A stretch of DNA of 64,000 nucleotides. It comes from Mytilus edulis. Lineage: Eukaryota. The stretch spans positions 23,064,001-23,128,000 of the forward strand of contig NC_092355.1 in assembly GCF_963676685.1 (NCBI RefSeq), given 5' to 3'. A model generated the notes under the pieces. The model saw only the letters and a program-made list of their open reading frames with translations. It ran no database searches and was not told the DNA's origin. This document shows, piece by piece, positions 41,301 through 56,300 of this stretch. The translations under genes were made by a program, and so were the position numbers. Numbering within the stretch: the first letter of the stretch is position 1; every line of letters starts with the position of its first letter.

Positions 41301-44300
41301 TAAAATACAATACAGTTATGTCCTAAGTGAAGCTACATGTTTGGTCAGAATTGGCCTTATAATCTCAAGTACAGTCAAACCTGTTATTAAGTATAAATGT
41401 ATTTTTGTTAGGTCAATCTCTTCTTGTCCCTCTATTGTAAGGCTTTAATAGGCTGATAAATATAAGCAGTTGGAACTAAATAAGAATTATCTCACTTATC
41501 CGCTTATGATTTGAAATGATATTTGTATTAAATATGGTATCTGTTGGTCCTAGAGCATGCTTTTTTCTTTTAATGCAATAAAGAAGTTTTTTTTTTCTGC
41601 ACTTTTGGTAATTTTATCTATGTTTTTGAAGTTTGAGCATTTTAATTTTTTTGACAATTTTATAATGATTTTGAAAAGTTGCATTATTTTATTTATTGAT
41701 AATGTTAAATGCAGAGGTAGATGTCACAACTCCATATGCATGGCAGTGGCAGACCACAGAAGAAACGACTGCTGAATATCATCCTGGACAAACTATGGAT
41801 TTACAACCAGAAAATAGACCAACTACTGATTTTGAACCAGGAAATGGACCAACTGCTGAATCTGAGCCAGAAAACGGACCAACCGCTGAATCTGAACCAG
41901 AAAATGGACCAACCGCTGAATCTGAGCTAAGAAGTGGACCAACTGCTGAATCTGAACCAGAAAATGGACCAACCGCTGAATCGGAGCCAGAAAATGGACC
42001 AACTGCAGAATCTGAGCCAGAAAATGGACCAACTGCTGAATCTGAGCCAGAAAATGGACCAACTTCTGAATTTGAGCCAGAAAATGGACCAACTTCTGAA
42101 TCTGAGCCAGAAAATGGACCAACTTCTGAATCTGAGCCAGAGCATGGACCAACTGATTCAGAACTCACGACATATGCTGAACCAGAAAATAGACCAACTG
42201 ATTCAGAATTCACTACTAATATGGAACCAGAAAATGGACCAACAACAGAATTTGGAACAACATCAATGCCAAGATCACCATTTAATGGTAAGTGACATAA
42301 AAGTTAAAACAACCAAATTACTTTTAATGCAAGTATGTTGATTTATTACCTTGAAAATTTCCAAACATTAGATTTAGCATATCAATCCTACCATGTTTAT
42401 GTCTTGACTGTGACATGTAATACACAATTTATGTATAGATTTAAGAAGATGTGGTATGAGTGCCAATGAGACAACTCTCCATCTAAGTCACAATTTATAA
42501 AGGTAAACCATTATAGGTCAAGGTACAGCCTTCAACATGGAGCCTTTGCTCACACCAAACAACAAGCTATAAAGGGCCCCAAAAGTACTAGTGTAAACCA
42601 TTCAAACGAGAAAAACCAACGGTCTAATCTATATAAAATGCTAGCCTACTGTACATCAGATTCCTAGATGTTCTTGTGAATTTACAGTAATACGTTATAC
42701 TGGCTTATATCTTTTAGATGAATGTTTTAACCATAAACCATACATATGTTTTAGTGAATTTACAGTAAAACTTTATACTGGCTTAAATCTTTCAGGTGGA
42801 TGTTTTAACCATAACACATACATATGTTCTAGTGTATTTACAGTAAAACCTTATACTGACTTATCTTTTAGAGGTTAGTTGGATGTCTTAACCATAACTC
42901 GTATATATTTTTAGTGAATTTACAGTAAAACCTTTTACTGACTTGTATTTTTCAGATGGATGTTATAACCATAACACAATTGTATGTTCTGATTATTTTG
43001 GAATGAACTTTACATCCTACCCAAATGTCTTTGGTCAGAATGATTACTATGAAGCAGTAAATCAATGGCACAGCTCTTGGGCAAGATTCCCCTTTGATAC
43101 CTGTGGTATGGTGTATTCACACACAATGTGTGCTTTATTATTCCCTACCTGTCAGAATGGTACCACTCAACAGATCTGTCGACAAAGTTGCCTGGGTATG
43201 TAGTAAGGATGTTTGCCACTATGTTTCAAAACAACAAGCTTTTTAAAAAGTAAAATCACAAAAATACTGAACTCCGCTGAAAACTCAAAACAGAAACTCC
43301 CTAAGAGATAGTCATAAAATGATAGTATATTGATAAAGGAACTAAAAAAGCAGAATTTTGAAGGGTTTGTGTCAAGGATCCGGAAATTTTTTCATCTAAT
43401 TTCGGTCATTTTCATACAACTTAAAAGTTGATGCCCCTTTTCAAAAAATGATTGTCAAAATCACATTACTGCATGAGACTCATTATGATTATGCTCATAC
43501 TCGATCGTCATGTTCGTAGCATCAACAAACTTGTTTCACTGTTGCATCGCATTTGCTTCATGATTTGTCCTACCATTTTCCAAAAATCGATCAAGAGCAA
43601 TTAAGGGAAGGCAACAGTTTAAAAATAAAATGATTTTAATGACTCAAAACGATAATATTCTCAGTTATGTTTCTTTCGATCCTGAAGTCAAAATTCAAAC
43701 CGGATGTAAAGCGACAATACTAAAACGAACAATTCCGGACTCATTTCCGGGATTAGTTTTGTTTACCCAAATCACAGGAAATCATCGGCTTTTTAATATT
43801 TTACCTTTAATAGTGCAAGAATATTAATTAAAATAGTTGCACTAGCTTTATTTAGGATGAAATTATTTTAAATTTACGATTAATTGTCTAAATCTGTGGA
43901 AGAGAATTTCAAGCATGCGTATTACATAGTAAACAAAGCACGTGTGTTAGAAGTTAAAAAAAAAAAAATTCTACGTATATTAAACCAAGTTTTAATTTAA
44001 TTTTAAATCATAATTGACAATTGTCTGACCTGTTGGGTAATTAAATAATGAAGCCAGTTGGTATGGAATTTTTATTTCTTTATAATAATAGTTTGGAGCT
44101 TGTGATTAATTGCCAGGTGTGAATTAAAAACACAGGTAAAGAGATTAATTAGCAATCATTAGCCAATAGCTCCCAGAGGCATTAATATAGTTATTAGGAG
44201 GGCCCTCAGGATTATAACACTTTATTGGAGTGGCAGTTTAATTACAGGAAGTTGATAGATAACAAAACAAAAATATGTTCAAAATGGCGATTTTGAAAGT

Positions 44301-47300
44301 CAATCTCAACGAAATGACCGAAATTATTACTGTTGAAAAATAAAATTTGACCTAAATCCCAATTAAAAGTTTAGGACATTATAGTTTCAGTTTAGGACAT
44401 GACTGGCAAATATGACCGTTTCCGGACCCTTGGTTTGTGTGCTTATTTTCAAGAGATCTAAGCCATTGAAAATTTGGTAGGAAATGAGTCTCTCTAGATT
44501 GGAGTTTTTGAACTATTAACATTGACTACTTTTTCTCTTTTAAAACCTATGTAAAAATAAATAGGATTTTATAAGATTTTACAAATATGTCTTTTTAAAC
44601 TGTATGAAATAAAAATTTTAAAAGAAAAGTAGGGGTCAGTTGACAAAAAGTTTTAAAGGCAATAAAGCATGGATAAAACCAGAGGATTTGCATACCTGCC
44701 AACTGTCACTATTTGTGGGGGATTTCCCCCATAGAGGCTCCCAAATTGAAATTTTTAAAGAGCAATTATGCCCACAATTTTAAAAAAACAATTAAGTTTA
44801 CAATGAATTGAGGCTTATAAAAGTATGAAGACGCCAAAAAACAACATTACACTGTATTTGACGGCCGACTTGAAGGTTTTTTTAGGAGTATGGCAGCCAT
44901 TTTGCACGCAAAACCCCCATGGTCATTTTGAAAACTTGGCAGGTATGGGATTGCAGATTTGAAATTTAACGGAAGATACAATAAATTACCAAAAACTGTT
45001 AACAGGAATTACTTACAATACAGGTATGTCTACTCTTGTATGCAATTTGTCTGCCTTTACATGAAACCATAAAAGTTCCTACAAACTAATGCATCACAAT
45101 TCAAAACATTTGTCAATAAACACATGCTATATTGATTTTATTAGTTACATAGTGTGCTAGTGACGTAATACAATATGTATGGGGTCAGTGAATTCCTTAT
45201 GGCGTGATAGTGAAATGAGCCCCGCTTTCTAACCCAATATGGAACCCTACTAACCTAATATGAAATATACACGGTTGAATTTAACCAATCATATTCCTAG
45301 GAATGTATAGGAGGAAAGATAAGATTTTTTATCTATTTTTTGTCATGAATGTTTTATTAACTATATTTTACAGATGCCTTCCACATATTACATTTTGGAG
45401 TATGTAGTCACAACAATTTATTGAACAACTACGATCTGGTTTACTTCTGTAATCTGTTACGTGATGATGAGGATTGTATAAAGTTACCAGGTAAGTTACG
45501 TCGGATATTCATATTAATATCCTTTTCATATTGGATACAAACTTTATTAAGTCTGATGCAGACATTTTGTAGTCAAAGCGTTCAAACTGAGGTACTACAC
45601 AGGCGTCAAATGGCCTCAATATATATGGAGTAAAGGGGGTGGCATCAAAAAGCGACATTACGGAGAAAAGGGTTTTTAAAGCAGGATGTTGGAATACTCA
45701 GGTGTTGGATTAGGCAGATTACACTGTAATGTTATGTTGTTCTGTTACACCACTGTCCCAGGTTAGTAGCACCTACAAACATGTTTAAAACAGCTACATT
45801 CTTTATGTGCCTGTCCCAAGTCAGGGGGCTGAAATTCACTGGTTGTTATTAGTTCATGTCTGTCATATTTGTGTTTTGTAATTTGTTTTGTTATTATTTT
45901 AAGGCTGTTATTTTTCTTGTTCTATCTGTTTTACATTTTTGAAGTGCGAGTGAATATTCTTTTTTTTCAGAAATGCAATATTAAAGTATTTAGAAGAAAA
46001 CATTTTGTTGTCAAATTTAAGCGTAAATTTTCATTACAATATTGATGCACACAAATTGAATTCCTTAATATTTTTTATACTAAAATTTTGATTAGAGTGT
46101 CATATTGATTTTATTTCAGACTATGTTGGAAATAGTAGTACAGTAACTAGGCAATCATCAAATTATTCCACTAGTACAACCCCTAGAACTACTCCTTATG
46201 GAACAAGTAAGTATTGACTATTAAGCTATTAAACCAAGAGTTCAAAATGGTGAAGTTGAAATCATCCCTTTGTACAGATGCCACCACGAGTCGGTTGAAA
46301 GTTATGGAATATCCATTTCACAGATGATATCTAATATGTTCTTTATGTGGTAACTACAATCCTCTTCACTTTTCATGAATGTGACCTACTGAATTAGACT
46401 ATTTACAGGATTTGTTATCACATAAGCAACATGACGGGTGCCACATGTGAAGCAGGATCTGCATACCCTTACAGAGCACCTGAGATCATCTCCAGTTTTT
46501 GGTGGGGTTTGTATTGCTTAGTCTTTAGTTTTCAATGTTGTGTCTTGTGAACTATTATTTGTCTCTTTGTCTTTTTCTTTTTTTTGCCATATATGCATGG
46601 CGTTGTCAGTTTATTTTTCGATCTATGAGTTTGACTGTCCCTATGGTATCTTTCACTCTTCTTCTTTTTTTTTTTTTGAAATTCCGTCATCTAATTAAAC
46701 AAGAAATTGATGTAGGACAGATTTAACTAAACTTTGAAAATAAGAACTGGTATTCCACTAAAACTTATCACTGTATGCTTATAATCATAAAACACAGGTC
46801 AAGTTTGAATGTGGGTGGCATTAACTTTTACAGTTCTCTAAGTATACCCCTGTAAAACATTACATGCAAGCAGGGGCATCATCTATCTCCCATGAACAGA
46901 TTCTCCATTTATTTATTATAGAATGTGCACAAATGTTTAAAATGGTGTATTGATTGTTATTTGTTTGTATTTTATAGCCAAAATATCCCATATGGATGTA
47001 CTACCAACAAGTAATACCACTTCCGGTATTGAAGGGATCGTGGAAATTGTTATCAACCAACAATTTGGTTATGTGTACTGTTATGAGACAACATACTGTC
47101 CATCTTTAGTCTGTCAGTATCTAGGATATGCGTAAGTCCAATTGGCCACTGCACATTTATTGCAGCTATATTGAATAAAGGGCAGTTTTTTGGAATATAG
47201 GGGAAAATAGTAAGAAAATTGGGGAATGTTATGCATGTTTTTTTTAACAGCTGTTCTGTTTCCTGTGTTTTTCAAAGCACTTTCACCTCTATTATGGAAA

Positions 47301-50300
47301 TTTCTCCCCTGATCAATATATATGGCTGCAATAACCATTAAAGGGCCTATTACCAATATTATTTAATGACTATATATTGTTACAACTTTTTTTTCATTGA
47401 TATTGCAAACCAAATGAAACTTTTTTACAGAGTCATATCCTATTAGTGAATCTATTTAAACAATAGTCAGTTCTATTGTCCCATTGAGTAAACACAATAG
47501 CTATTGTACTCTGTATAGTTTAATCACTTTGAAAGTCTTTTAACTCTTTCAGCACTATGGCCTGGTTTAACGGCAAATCCATCTTACTTCCATAAACACT
47601 ATAGCCAGCTAAACTGGGCTTTGCATGTTACCTTTTTATAACTGAGATGTCCATTGGTCAGTCATTGGGAAAACTCCTTTAAATTAACATACTAGCGTAA
47701 TATATATTCATTTGAGTTTCCCTGGCTTTTCCCCTACCTTAAACGTGAAATAAACAAAATATTGCTCTATTTTTAGCAATGAAAATTTTTGGAAATTTTG
47801 TATACAAAATGGCAGATAACGATAGTGAAAACGAACGGTCAGGTTACGAAATAAACAGTGAATAAACTACACCGAGAACAATAGCTATTTATTCAATGGG
47901 ACAATAGAACTGACAAAAGTTTAAATAGATTGACCAATAGGAGATGAATCTGTGGAATTGAATCAGGCCATCGGTTATATCATTTGAATTAGTTTCACTA
48001 TTTGTCATGTCAGTGCCTTTTATAGCTTTCTATAGCATATGGGTTTTGCTTACTGTTGAAGGCAGTATTGTGACCTCTAGTTGCTTACATCCACGTCATT
48101 TAGACTCTGATAGATTATTGTCTCATTGACAATACTACCACTTTTTTATTTTACACTAAGTAATTTTCTATTTTTAGGGCTGGATCAGTAACAGGGAGCT
48201 ATACTGAATACGATATTCCAAAACAGATTGTACAATGTTCATCAGCATCAAAGCATCTATCTGACTGTACCATTTATCCTTCCATTAATTATTATACAAT
48301 ACGTGTATTAAGATGTGGTAAGTCTATAAATTGTGTTCTAAATTATTTTCAAAACAAATGGTGTATAAATTAAGGATAGATTGCTGAAATATCTATCACC
48401 ATGTTCCAATTCATTTTTCTCATAAGTTTATCAATCTGAGGATACATCTCCTTAAGGATTGGACAGGATACAAAGGAAGTTAACAGAATGTTGTCTTACA
48501 ATATGATTTTATCACCAAGTTTTGAAACAATCTCATTGTAAAACAAAAATCATGCATCCATTACCTAAAAGCAGTTTATTTTCACAGATACTTTATTTCG
48601 CTTTTAGCCCTTTCTAATCCACTTCACGGTGATTTAATTTTGTGATTTTCAAATATATTTGATGTAGTTAAATAGGAAAGATCAAAGTTTTACATATTCG
48701 CTTCGATTTATATTCGCGATATTTTTCTCCACACGAAAATGAGTTGGTTTACAGTATCTAATTGTAATAAAGACTTACAGAAAATTAATGTCCATTTCAC
48801 AATGAACGATAAATTAAAACAAAGCTTACTTTCTGCTCTTTTACCATTTGCATAACCCACCAAATAATCCAATTCAATCATGTACAGAAACACTTGAAAT
48901 AAAACCCTGCAAACAAAATTCATGTAAATAACTTTTTACCATGGGCATTGAATAATGACACAAACATTTGGTAATAGAAATACAGGACAGACAAAAACAG
49001 GCAAAGAAACAGGTGCTAGGAGCTATAGTAAACTTGCAGTGCGGTGTGAGTTTTTGCTTCATGTTCCATGTTGAAGGTCTCTCAGTGACTGAGATGAAGA
49101 ACAGCAATAAAAGCGCTCAGCCAGTTCCTTTGCTTTTTGTGTATTTTTTGCTGTGCATGCACTAATTTTGTGTCTTGATTGAATACCCATATCCTTTCTT
49201 ATCGATTAAAGAAATGTATAATATTTTTATATTGATGTTCTAGTTGATGCTGTTCAGACTAGTGCAATAGACTGTAAATTTGGTTATTACAATCAGGGAA
49301 CCTGTTTCTACACGGTCAACAATGTCGGCACTGGATGGTCGCATCAAAATTATGGTATGTGTTTTTTTCTTTTTTCTTTTTTATATACATATAAAATTGA
49401 GAATGGGAATAGGGAATATGTCAAAAGACAACAACCCAACCAAAGCAGAAAACAACCAAAGGCAATCAATATGGGTCTTCAACACAGCAAGAAAATCCAG
49501 CACCTGGAGGCGGGCTTCAGCTGGCCCCTAAACAAAAATGTAAAATGTATACTTTATTGTAACACAGTCAACCCTGTTCGTCACAGTTTCATATAATTAC
49601 TCGCCAAAATGTAATACTACAAATATATTAAGGAATGAGTGTATATATGAATTTAAGGTGCAATTACTATTAAAGTACACCACCTACCAAAACCAATAAC
49701 AACAGCAACAAGATACTAAGGTTGTTTTATTTTATAGTAGATTCAAGAGCTATGAATCATTTCCTATGAAAACTGTAAATTCAGAAATTATTGTGAGGTT
49801 TTTGTTATTGCAAATAATATGACTGGTGAGTAACGCAATAATAAGAACTCGCATTCTGATATTTAACACATACAGTTAACTCTTGTTGTCTCGAACTCGG
49901 TTGACTCGAAATTTCGGATGAGTCGAAGTTTTCATGTGGTCCCGAACTTTATTCCATACAAAAGTATGTAATTCGACTCCTGATGAGTCGAAATTGGATG
50001 AGTCGAAATTTCGGTTGAGTCGAACTAAATTTACGGTCCCAAGGTTAACAAAGCATTCAAAATTTATTTTTTATCTCGAACTAATAAACATATGTCAAAA
50101 CATGACCTCCGGGATTTAAATGGATTGAAGAGTTAATCTGACAATACACGTGTAATTAAATTTCCGGTCACTGACCACTGTGTTGATTTATGACATGAGT
50201 GTTTACCAAAGATTATCTTTTATAGAATTTTGATAAATAATTAGTGATGCATTGTTAATGTTCATGAAAAAGTATTTAAAATGTTTACAAAACAATTAAT

Positions 50301-53300
50301 TTGTGATTTACACTAATGAGCTTGGGTGTGTATAAAGTGAGGATTATGGCTTCCGTTGATGATCACCTAAAAACTACTCAAACGGCGTCTTTAATCGTGT
50401 TATATTTTCTTTTGAAAAGAAAGTGTAAAATAAAACAAAATCAATAGAAATCAAAATTTTCTTAAATCTCTTGTATCCGAGACACAACCACATAAATCCT
50501 TTCCAATGCATAATTCAACTCAATCAAAGTGTACTTTCCGTGGGGATGTATATGTTAGGGGCATATATTGACAATTTCTATTGTAGGCATATATGTTTAC
50601 TTCATACATAATATAAAAAAAGAAGATGTGGTATGATTGCCAATGAGACAACTCTCCACAAGAGACCAAAATGACACAGAAATTAACAACTTTAGGTCAC
50701 CGTACAGCCTCTCACAATGAGCAAAGCCCATACCGCATAGTCAGCTATAAAAGGCCCCGAAATGACAATGTAAAACAATTCAAAACAGCCTAATTTATGT
50801 ACAAAAAATGAACGAAAAACAAACATGCAACACATAAACAAACTACAACCACTACAATTACAGGCTCCTGACTTGGGACAGGCACATACATACAAAAATA
50901 AGCATTTTATGATAACAACAGTCTCAAGTTTTTGAATATGCATTTTTTTTCCATATATAAAAGTAATATTTTAGGCAAGTTCTTAGAAAATTTCTTTAAA
51001 TCACAAAATGCTACAGAAAACTTAACATTGAGCTAAGTGGAAGGTGAATTTAGATGCTTTGGAAAAAAAGGTATGCAATTCCTGTTCCACTTATGGCACC
51101 TGTTGTTTTGCTCATAGCAAAGAAATAAATATAAGTCATATAAAAACATTGTTTGGAGGGTTGCTTCAGATTTACAAGTTGCTCAATGATAAAGAAAATA
51201 TTATTTGTTTATTCCACAGCTTATGCCTTATATTCTTATTCTGGAAGTGTATCATCGGAATTAATATCAAACATGTTCACAACGCCATCTAGTGGAAGTG
51301 TATTCCTAAATTTGACAATTGGACATCCGGCTGTACAGTTACATGTTCAACTTAAGACAGCAGATATGACCTACGACCTTGGATATGCAGAAGACGGAGA
51401 TACAAGTGCTTGTTTTGATTTACCATCATTAGTAAATGGTAACTTGGTTATAACAGGAAAACTTACTTACATGTATCCTCTTCCTGCTGGTTATCAGGTT
51501 GCAATTGTTTATGAGATCAAGGTTCACAAGCAAGAGATATGTCCAAGTGAGTTATTTTCATTGATGTTATAAACTTTATATTTATTGAAATTTTACTTGT
51601 CTTAAATTGACCTTATGCAAATGAATATCAATACATCAGTTAACTTATTGAGGGTTGAAAAAATCTCTATGCAAAGTCTGTAACTGCTTGAAAATTGATG
51701 CGATATATATGAAATAAGAACCTATACAAAACATACCAACAAGTATCTTTTATTTCGTATTTAAATGTTACGAAATCAATCAAAGTCTTTTTAATGTATA
51801 TGTATATACCAACTTATTTTCGCGGATACTTTATTTCGCATTTATCTCCAGCTAGTCTACTTCACGCTGATTTAATTTCGCAATTTTCTAGTTAACTTGA
51901 TGTAGTTTAATAAGGAAAGGTCCAAGTTATACATAGTTGCGACGATTTAATTTCGTGTTATTTTTCTACTTGCGAAAATCGCAAAGTCGCAAAAATTAAT
52001 CGCTCGCGAACTTAAGTTGGTTTACAGTATATGCACTTGCATAAGGTCGATTTTTACCTGACACAGCTCATATATAAACTTTGTGTTCCTTTAGCACAAA
52101 TAATCATATTAGATGTGAGGCAAGACTCTGTGTTAAAGGCCATACTTTGACCTATAATGGTTTACTTTTACACATTGTGGCTTGGATGGAGAGTGGTCTC
52201 ATTGGCACTCATACTACATCTTCTTATATCTATGTATTTTAAAAAGATTAAGTTCAATAAGGGATATATTTGGCTTGATTATTTAGATGTTTCAAGATAA
52301 AGAATGTTTAAGGTGGTACCCAACACTTTCACTAAAATTAATTTGGCTCGTTTAATTTTCATAAAATTTTGACAAAGTATTTAATTTGACCCTTTGACAA
52401 AAATATAAAAATTTTAAAAATTTTGAACCAACCGTTTTGTCAGAAAAATTACACTGGTTAAATAGCAGTTTGACAAACTCCAATTTTGATCATTGAGAAG
52501 CTTAATATTCCTTTTACAACACAACGTAATTAAAACGTTTAGCTGACTTTACAGATTTATCTCCCTGTAGTGTTAGGTACCACCTTAAGTTGATAAAAAC
52601 ACTTGTGATTAGTGAAATAGAACGTATTTTTGTCAAAGTTTTATTTGAAAGCATTGATTTAAACATTTAATGTACTGGTAGGTAAAAAATTGAGATTTAC
52701 CCATAGTGGAAAATCAAAATGAGTGCTACATTTATTAGTGACATCTTGAATAAAAAATTTCCACAAAAAGACATGCTCTCTATACACCTTATCGCTATTT
52801 GTCCGCCATTGCTGGATATCACACAGGTTCCCGTAAAATTTTGACGTCATAAAACAAAATATCTGACGCCACAATGGAAAAGTGATTGTTGTATGCGTCA
52901 AAAGTTCAAGCGGCCGGGAGCTGGGATTAGCGATAAGGTGTATTTAGCAACTGTATTAGATATGATTCATTGTGATATTGGTCAATAAGTTCAATTTGAA
53001 ATTTAAGTAAGAAATAGGGGCATTGTATTACTCGATTTATTTCATTTGACTGGGTGGAGTTTAACCAGTTCGCTCATAATAAACCAGTCCATCTATAGAT
53101 AGGTGTTTTAGGATAAACTCATCAATGAAGTGTCCAGTCATTGTTTTGTAAATTTGTTTGATGACACTGATAGGTGATTAGAAAACAAACTGTAATAATT
53201 ATAACGGCAATCATCCTTATCACACACATCTTCAAATAGACTGTCCCTATGCAAATTAATTTGTAAGCTCCGCCCCAATCAGTTGAAATAACATTGGTAA

Positions 53301-56300
53301 TTGATCAATGACATGAACATGATTCAAAAGCAACAAATTATAATTAATTAGGATATCAATGAAGTTTAAAACTTGGAATTTCGTAAACTGCATTAAAATG
53401 ACTTTAACATAAAATGGAGATTTGACAAATATTGATGTGAACTGTTGACCCAGTACCAGGATGTTTTAACACAGAATAGGTAACCTGTTGGAAAATTAAA
53501 AATTCAAGAGTCAAAATTAGGTTATATGAAATTTGGAGTTTTGAATTTTATGACATAATGACATAAATCGTGTTGCATTTTCCTCAAAATTGATAGTATA
53601 TCACATTGCAAAAATTACTGAATTTGCAGTATAATATATGAAAACTGACACATATAAAATAAGAAACTAAATGTTTATATGTATATATTTTTTTAATTTA
53701 CAGAGCCTTTCCCCTATAGTATATGTGAATTTGATAAAAAGTGTCCATGGGATATAGAATGCTCCACCAGAATAGCTGATCCAATACCATTCCAATGGAC
53801 ATGGGCAGGTTTTAACACTTCTTTGTCAGGTAATTTTTAATATTTTAGGTAATATATGTTACGATAATATGATACTAAACCCCTAACGGGAGGGATTGTG
53901 CTTGATTTTCATATGATGTAGACATAATCTTTCAATCAGTTTAATTGAGGTCTGGAGCTGGCATGTCAGTTACTGCTAGTAGCATTTATTTGTTATTGTC
54001 ATTTTACTTAGTTTCTTTCGTTACCTATTCTGACATTTGACTCAGACTTTCTTTGATTTTCTTGCTGTGGTGAAGACCCATTGGTGGCCTTTGCCAGTTA
54101 TTTGCTCTTTGGTCGGGTTGTTATCTCCTAGACATATTTCCCATTTCAATTCTCAATTTATTATAGTATGTAAAAACAATTAAGACACCTCTGTTCTTAA
54201 GAAGCATGCAAAAAGAGAATCATAGTTAACTGATGTTGTACACTTTAATTTATGCACTGTCATATTTTGAGGATGAATCACATTATTTACTTACTTGCAA
54301 AATCTTCCGATACACTTATTTTAGTCTGCTTAGTTCTAGGATCTTCTAGTGCTCTGTAAAATAAAAGTTTATCAGTCAGCACAGTTTCCAGATTTACCAA
54401 TTTGAACAAACTCATCATAGATACCAGGATTAAAATTTTATATTTACGCCAGACACAGGTTTCGTCTACAAAAGACTCATCAGTGACGCTCTAATAAAAA
54501 TGTTTTAACAGGCCAAATAAAGTATGAAGTTAAAGAGCATTGGGAACTTTGATGATTCTTTATTTTGTGTTAAGTCTTTTCTATCCTATTTTGCTGCATT
54601 TTAATATTACATTGTACTGTTTCACTTATTCTTATTGCTTTTTTTACACTTTGTTGTAACAAATTATTTTTTACCTCATTTAGATGCTGGTAAATATCTA
54701 ACAGCAGATGCATCATTTGGAAAACATGGTGACAAGGCCAAATTTACATTGCCACTCAATGCAACAACCAGCCACAATCTGAAATTAAAGTATAGAAATA
54801 CTGGCAGCAGAAATGATAGCTCTAGTGGATCTTTACAGGTATTTTAGTATTTGATTTGATTTGATTTTTTGCGTTTTTAACGCCACTTTTAAGCATAGCC
54901 TTTGGGCTATTACATGGTGGCCTGTTTTTATTGGTGGTTGAAGCAGAAGTGCCTGGAGAAAGACTTTTTTTGCCCCTATCATAGCGGAGGGGGCATGAAG
55001 AGTTACTATAGATTGTCTGTACTTACGTACCAAAGTTGAATTCCATTCTCTAACCTTAACCTTAATCAAATGTTTTGAGACTTATACACAGTGCTTATTA
55101 CAACAAAATACAGATCAACTTTAAATTTTGGGTGTGTCACTTTAAGTGTTATGGAGTTATGCTCCTTTACAAATGCAAAAAATGCTGAATTTTTTGTTTC
55201 CCTTCTTTAACTTAAGTTAGCCTTGTTCCTTTATAACTTTATATTTGTTATGTCTCTTTATCACTTTATATTATATATTCCAAATAATCATGTTTATTTT
55301 GTTCAAGGTGAATTTGAACGAAAATGGAGTAACAAAACAAATATTCATGAAAGACAATCTGGACACCTATGGATCATGGGAATCAGCTTGTGTGCCAATG
55401 TCAGAGTTCACCACAGGGGAGATAATCAATGGTCAACTGGAATTTGTTGCCACTAGAGGGAGCTCATATGCTAATGATATTGAAGTAGATGATGTTGAAC
55501 TGTTAGGAACTGAATGTCAACGTAAGATTGTACTTCTATTGTCGTAACTACAATCCTGATCCCTTTTCCCTGAATGTGACCTAAAAAAATCAAAACTTTT
55601 ACTCTTTGAATTGATCCTGTGAGTTAAACAGGTTAAAAACAGTCATTTTAATCTCTTTTGTCCTTTGAATCGATCATGTGAGCAAAACAGGTTTAAAAAC
55701 AGTCATTTTGATGTGATGAAAAAAAAGCCTCATAATAACAAAAAAGGATCTGTAGGTTTTTCCAATTGCAACTTTTAACACTGCAATTCTTTTAATCGGC
55801 ATAGCGATTGCACATAGGTCATACACAATACATTTGGATTTAAGTAGAGGTATATATATTGTAAGATCCATTATTATGTACATCTCAGAGTCTGTATAAG
55901 ATATATTAAGAATTTTATCACGGTTTTGGTTACAAAGCGAAAGAAGCACATCATATTAGAATATTCTATTAAACCCTTTGAGACCCTCTTTTTTAACAAA
56001 GATCTTCCTATTGTAGATTTTGCATCATGTGATTTCCAGTCGGCCACATTCTGTCATTACAACAGATTGTCAGAGTCACGTTTTGCTTGGAATTGGGGAA
56101 CATACAATCTGATACAACTCTATTCTTCTATGGCACAGTATGTACCAAGGGTAGATCATACTGAAGGTACCAGTTCAGGTAAGTTTTTACTGAATCCCTT
56201 ATTCGAGAATTATATAATTAAACGATTTGTGAACAAAACAAACAGACATAATAGGTAAAAGTGTCAAAATATAGAAGTATGAATTCATAAAGTATTAATT

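Noticed and set aside
41779-42341. Antisense and alternate-frame ORFs over the PENGPT repeat
   Set aside because: Shadow ORFs of a 30-bp coding minisatellite.
49871-50045. ctgatgagtcgaaa repeats as a hammerhead or CRISPR-like array
   Set aside because: No stem II between CTGATGA and GAAA and no unique spacers. These are subterminal repeats of a TACAG-starting MITE fragment.
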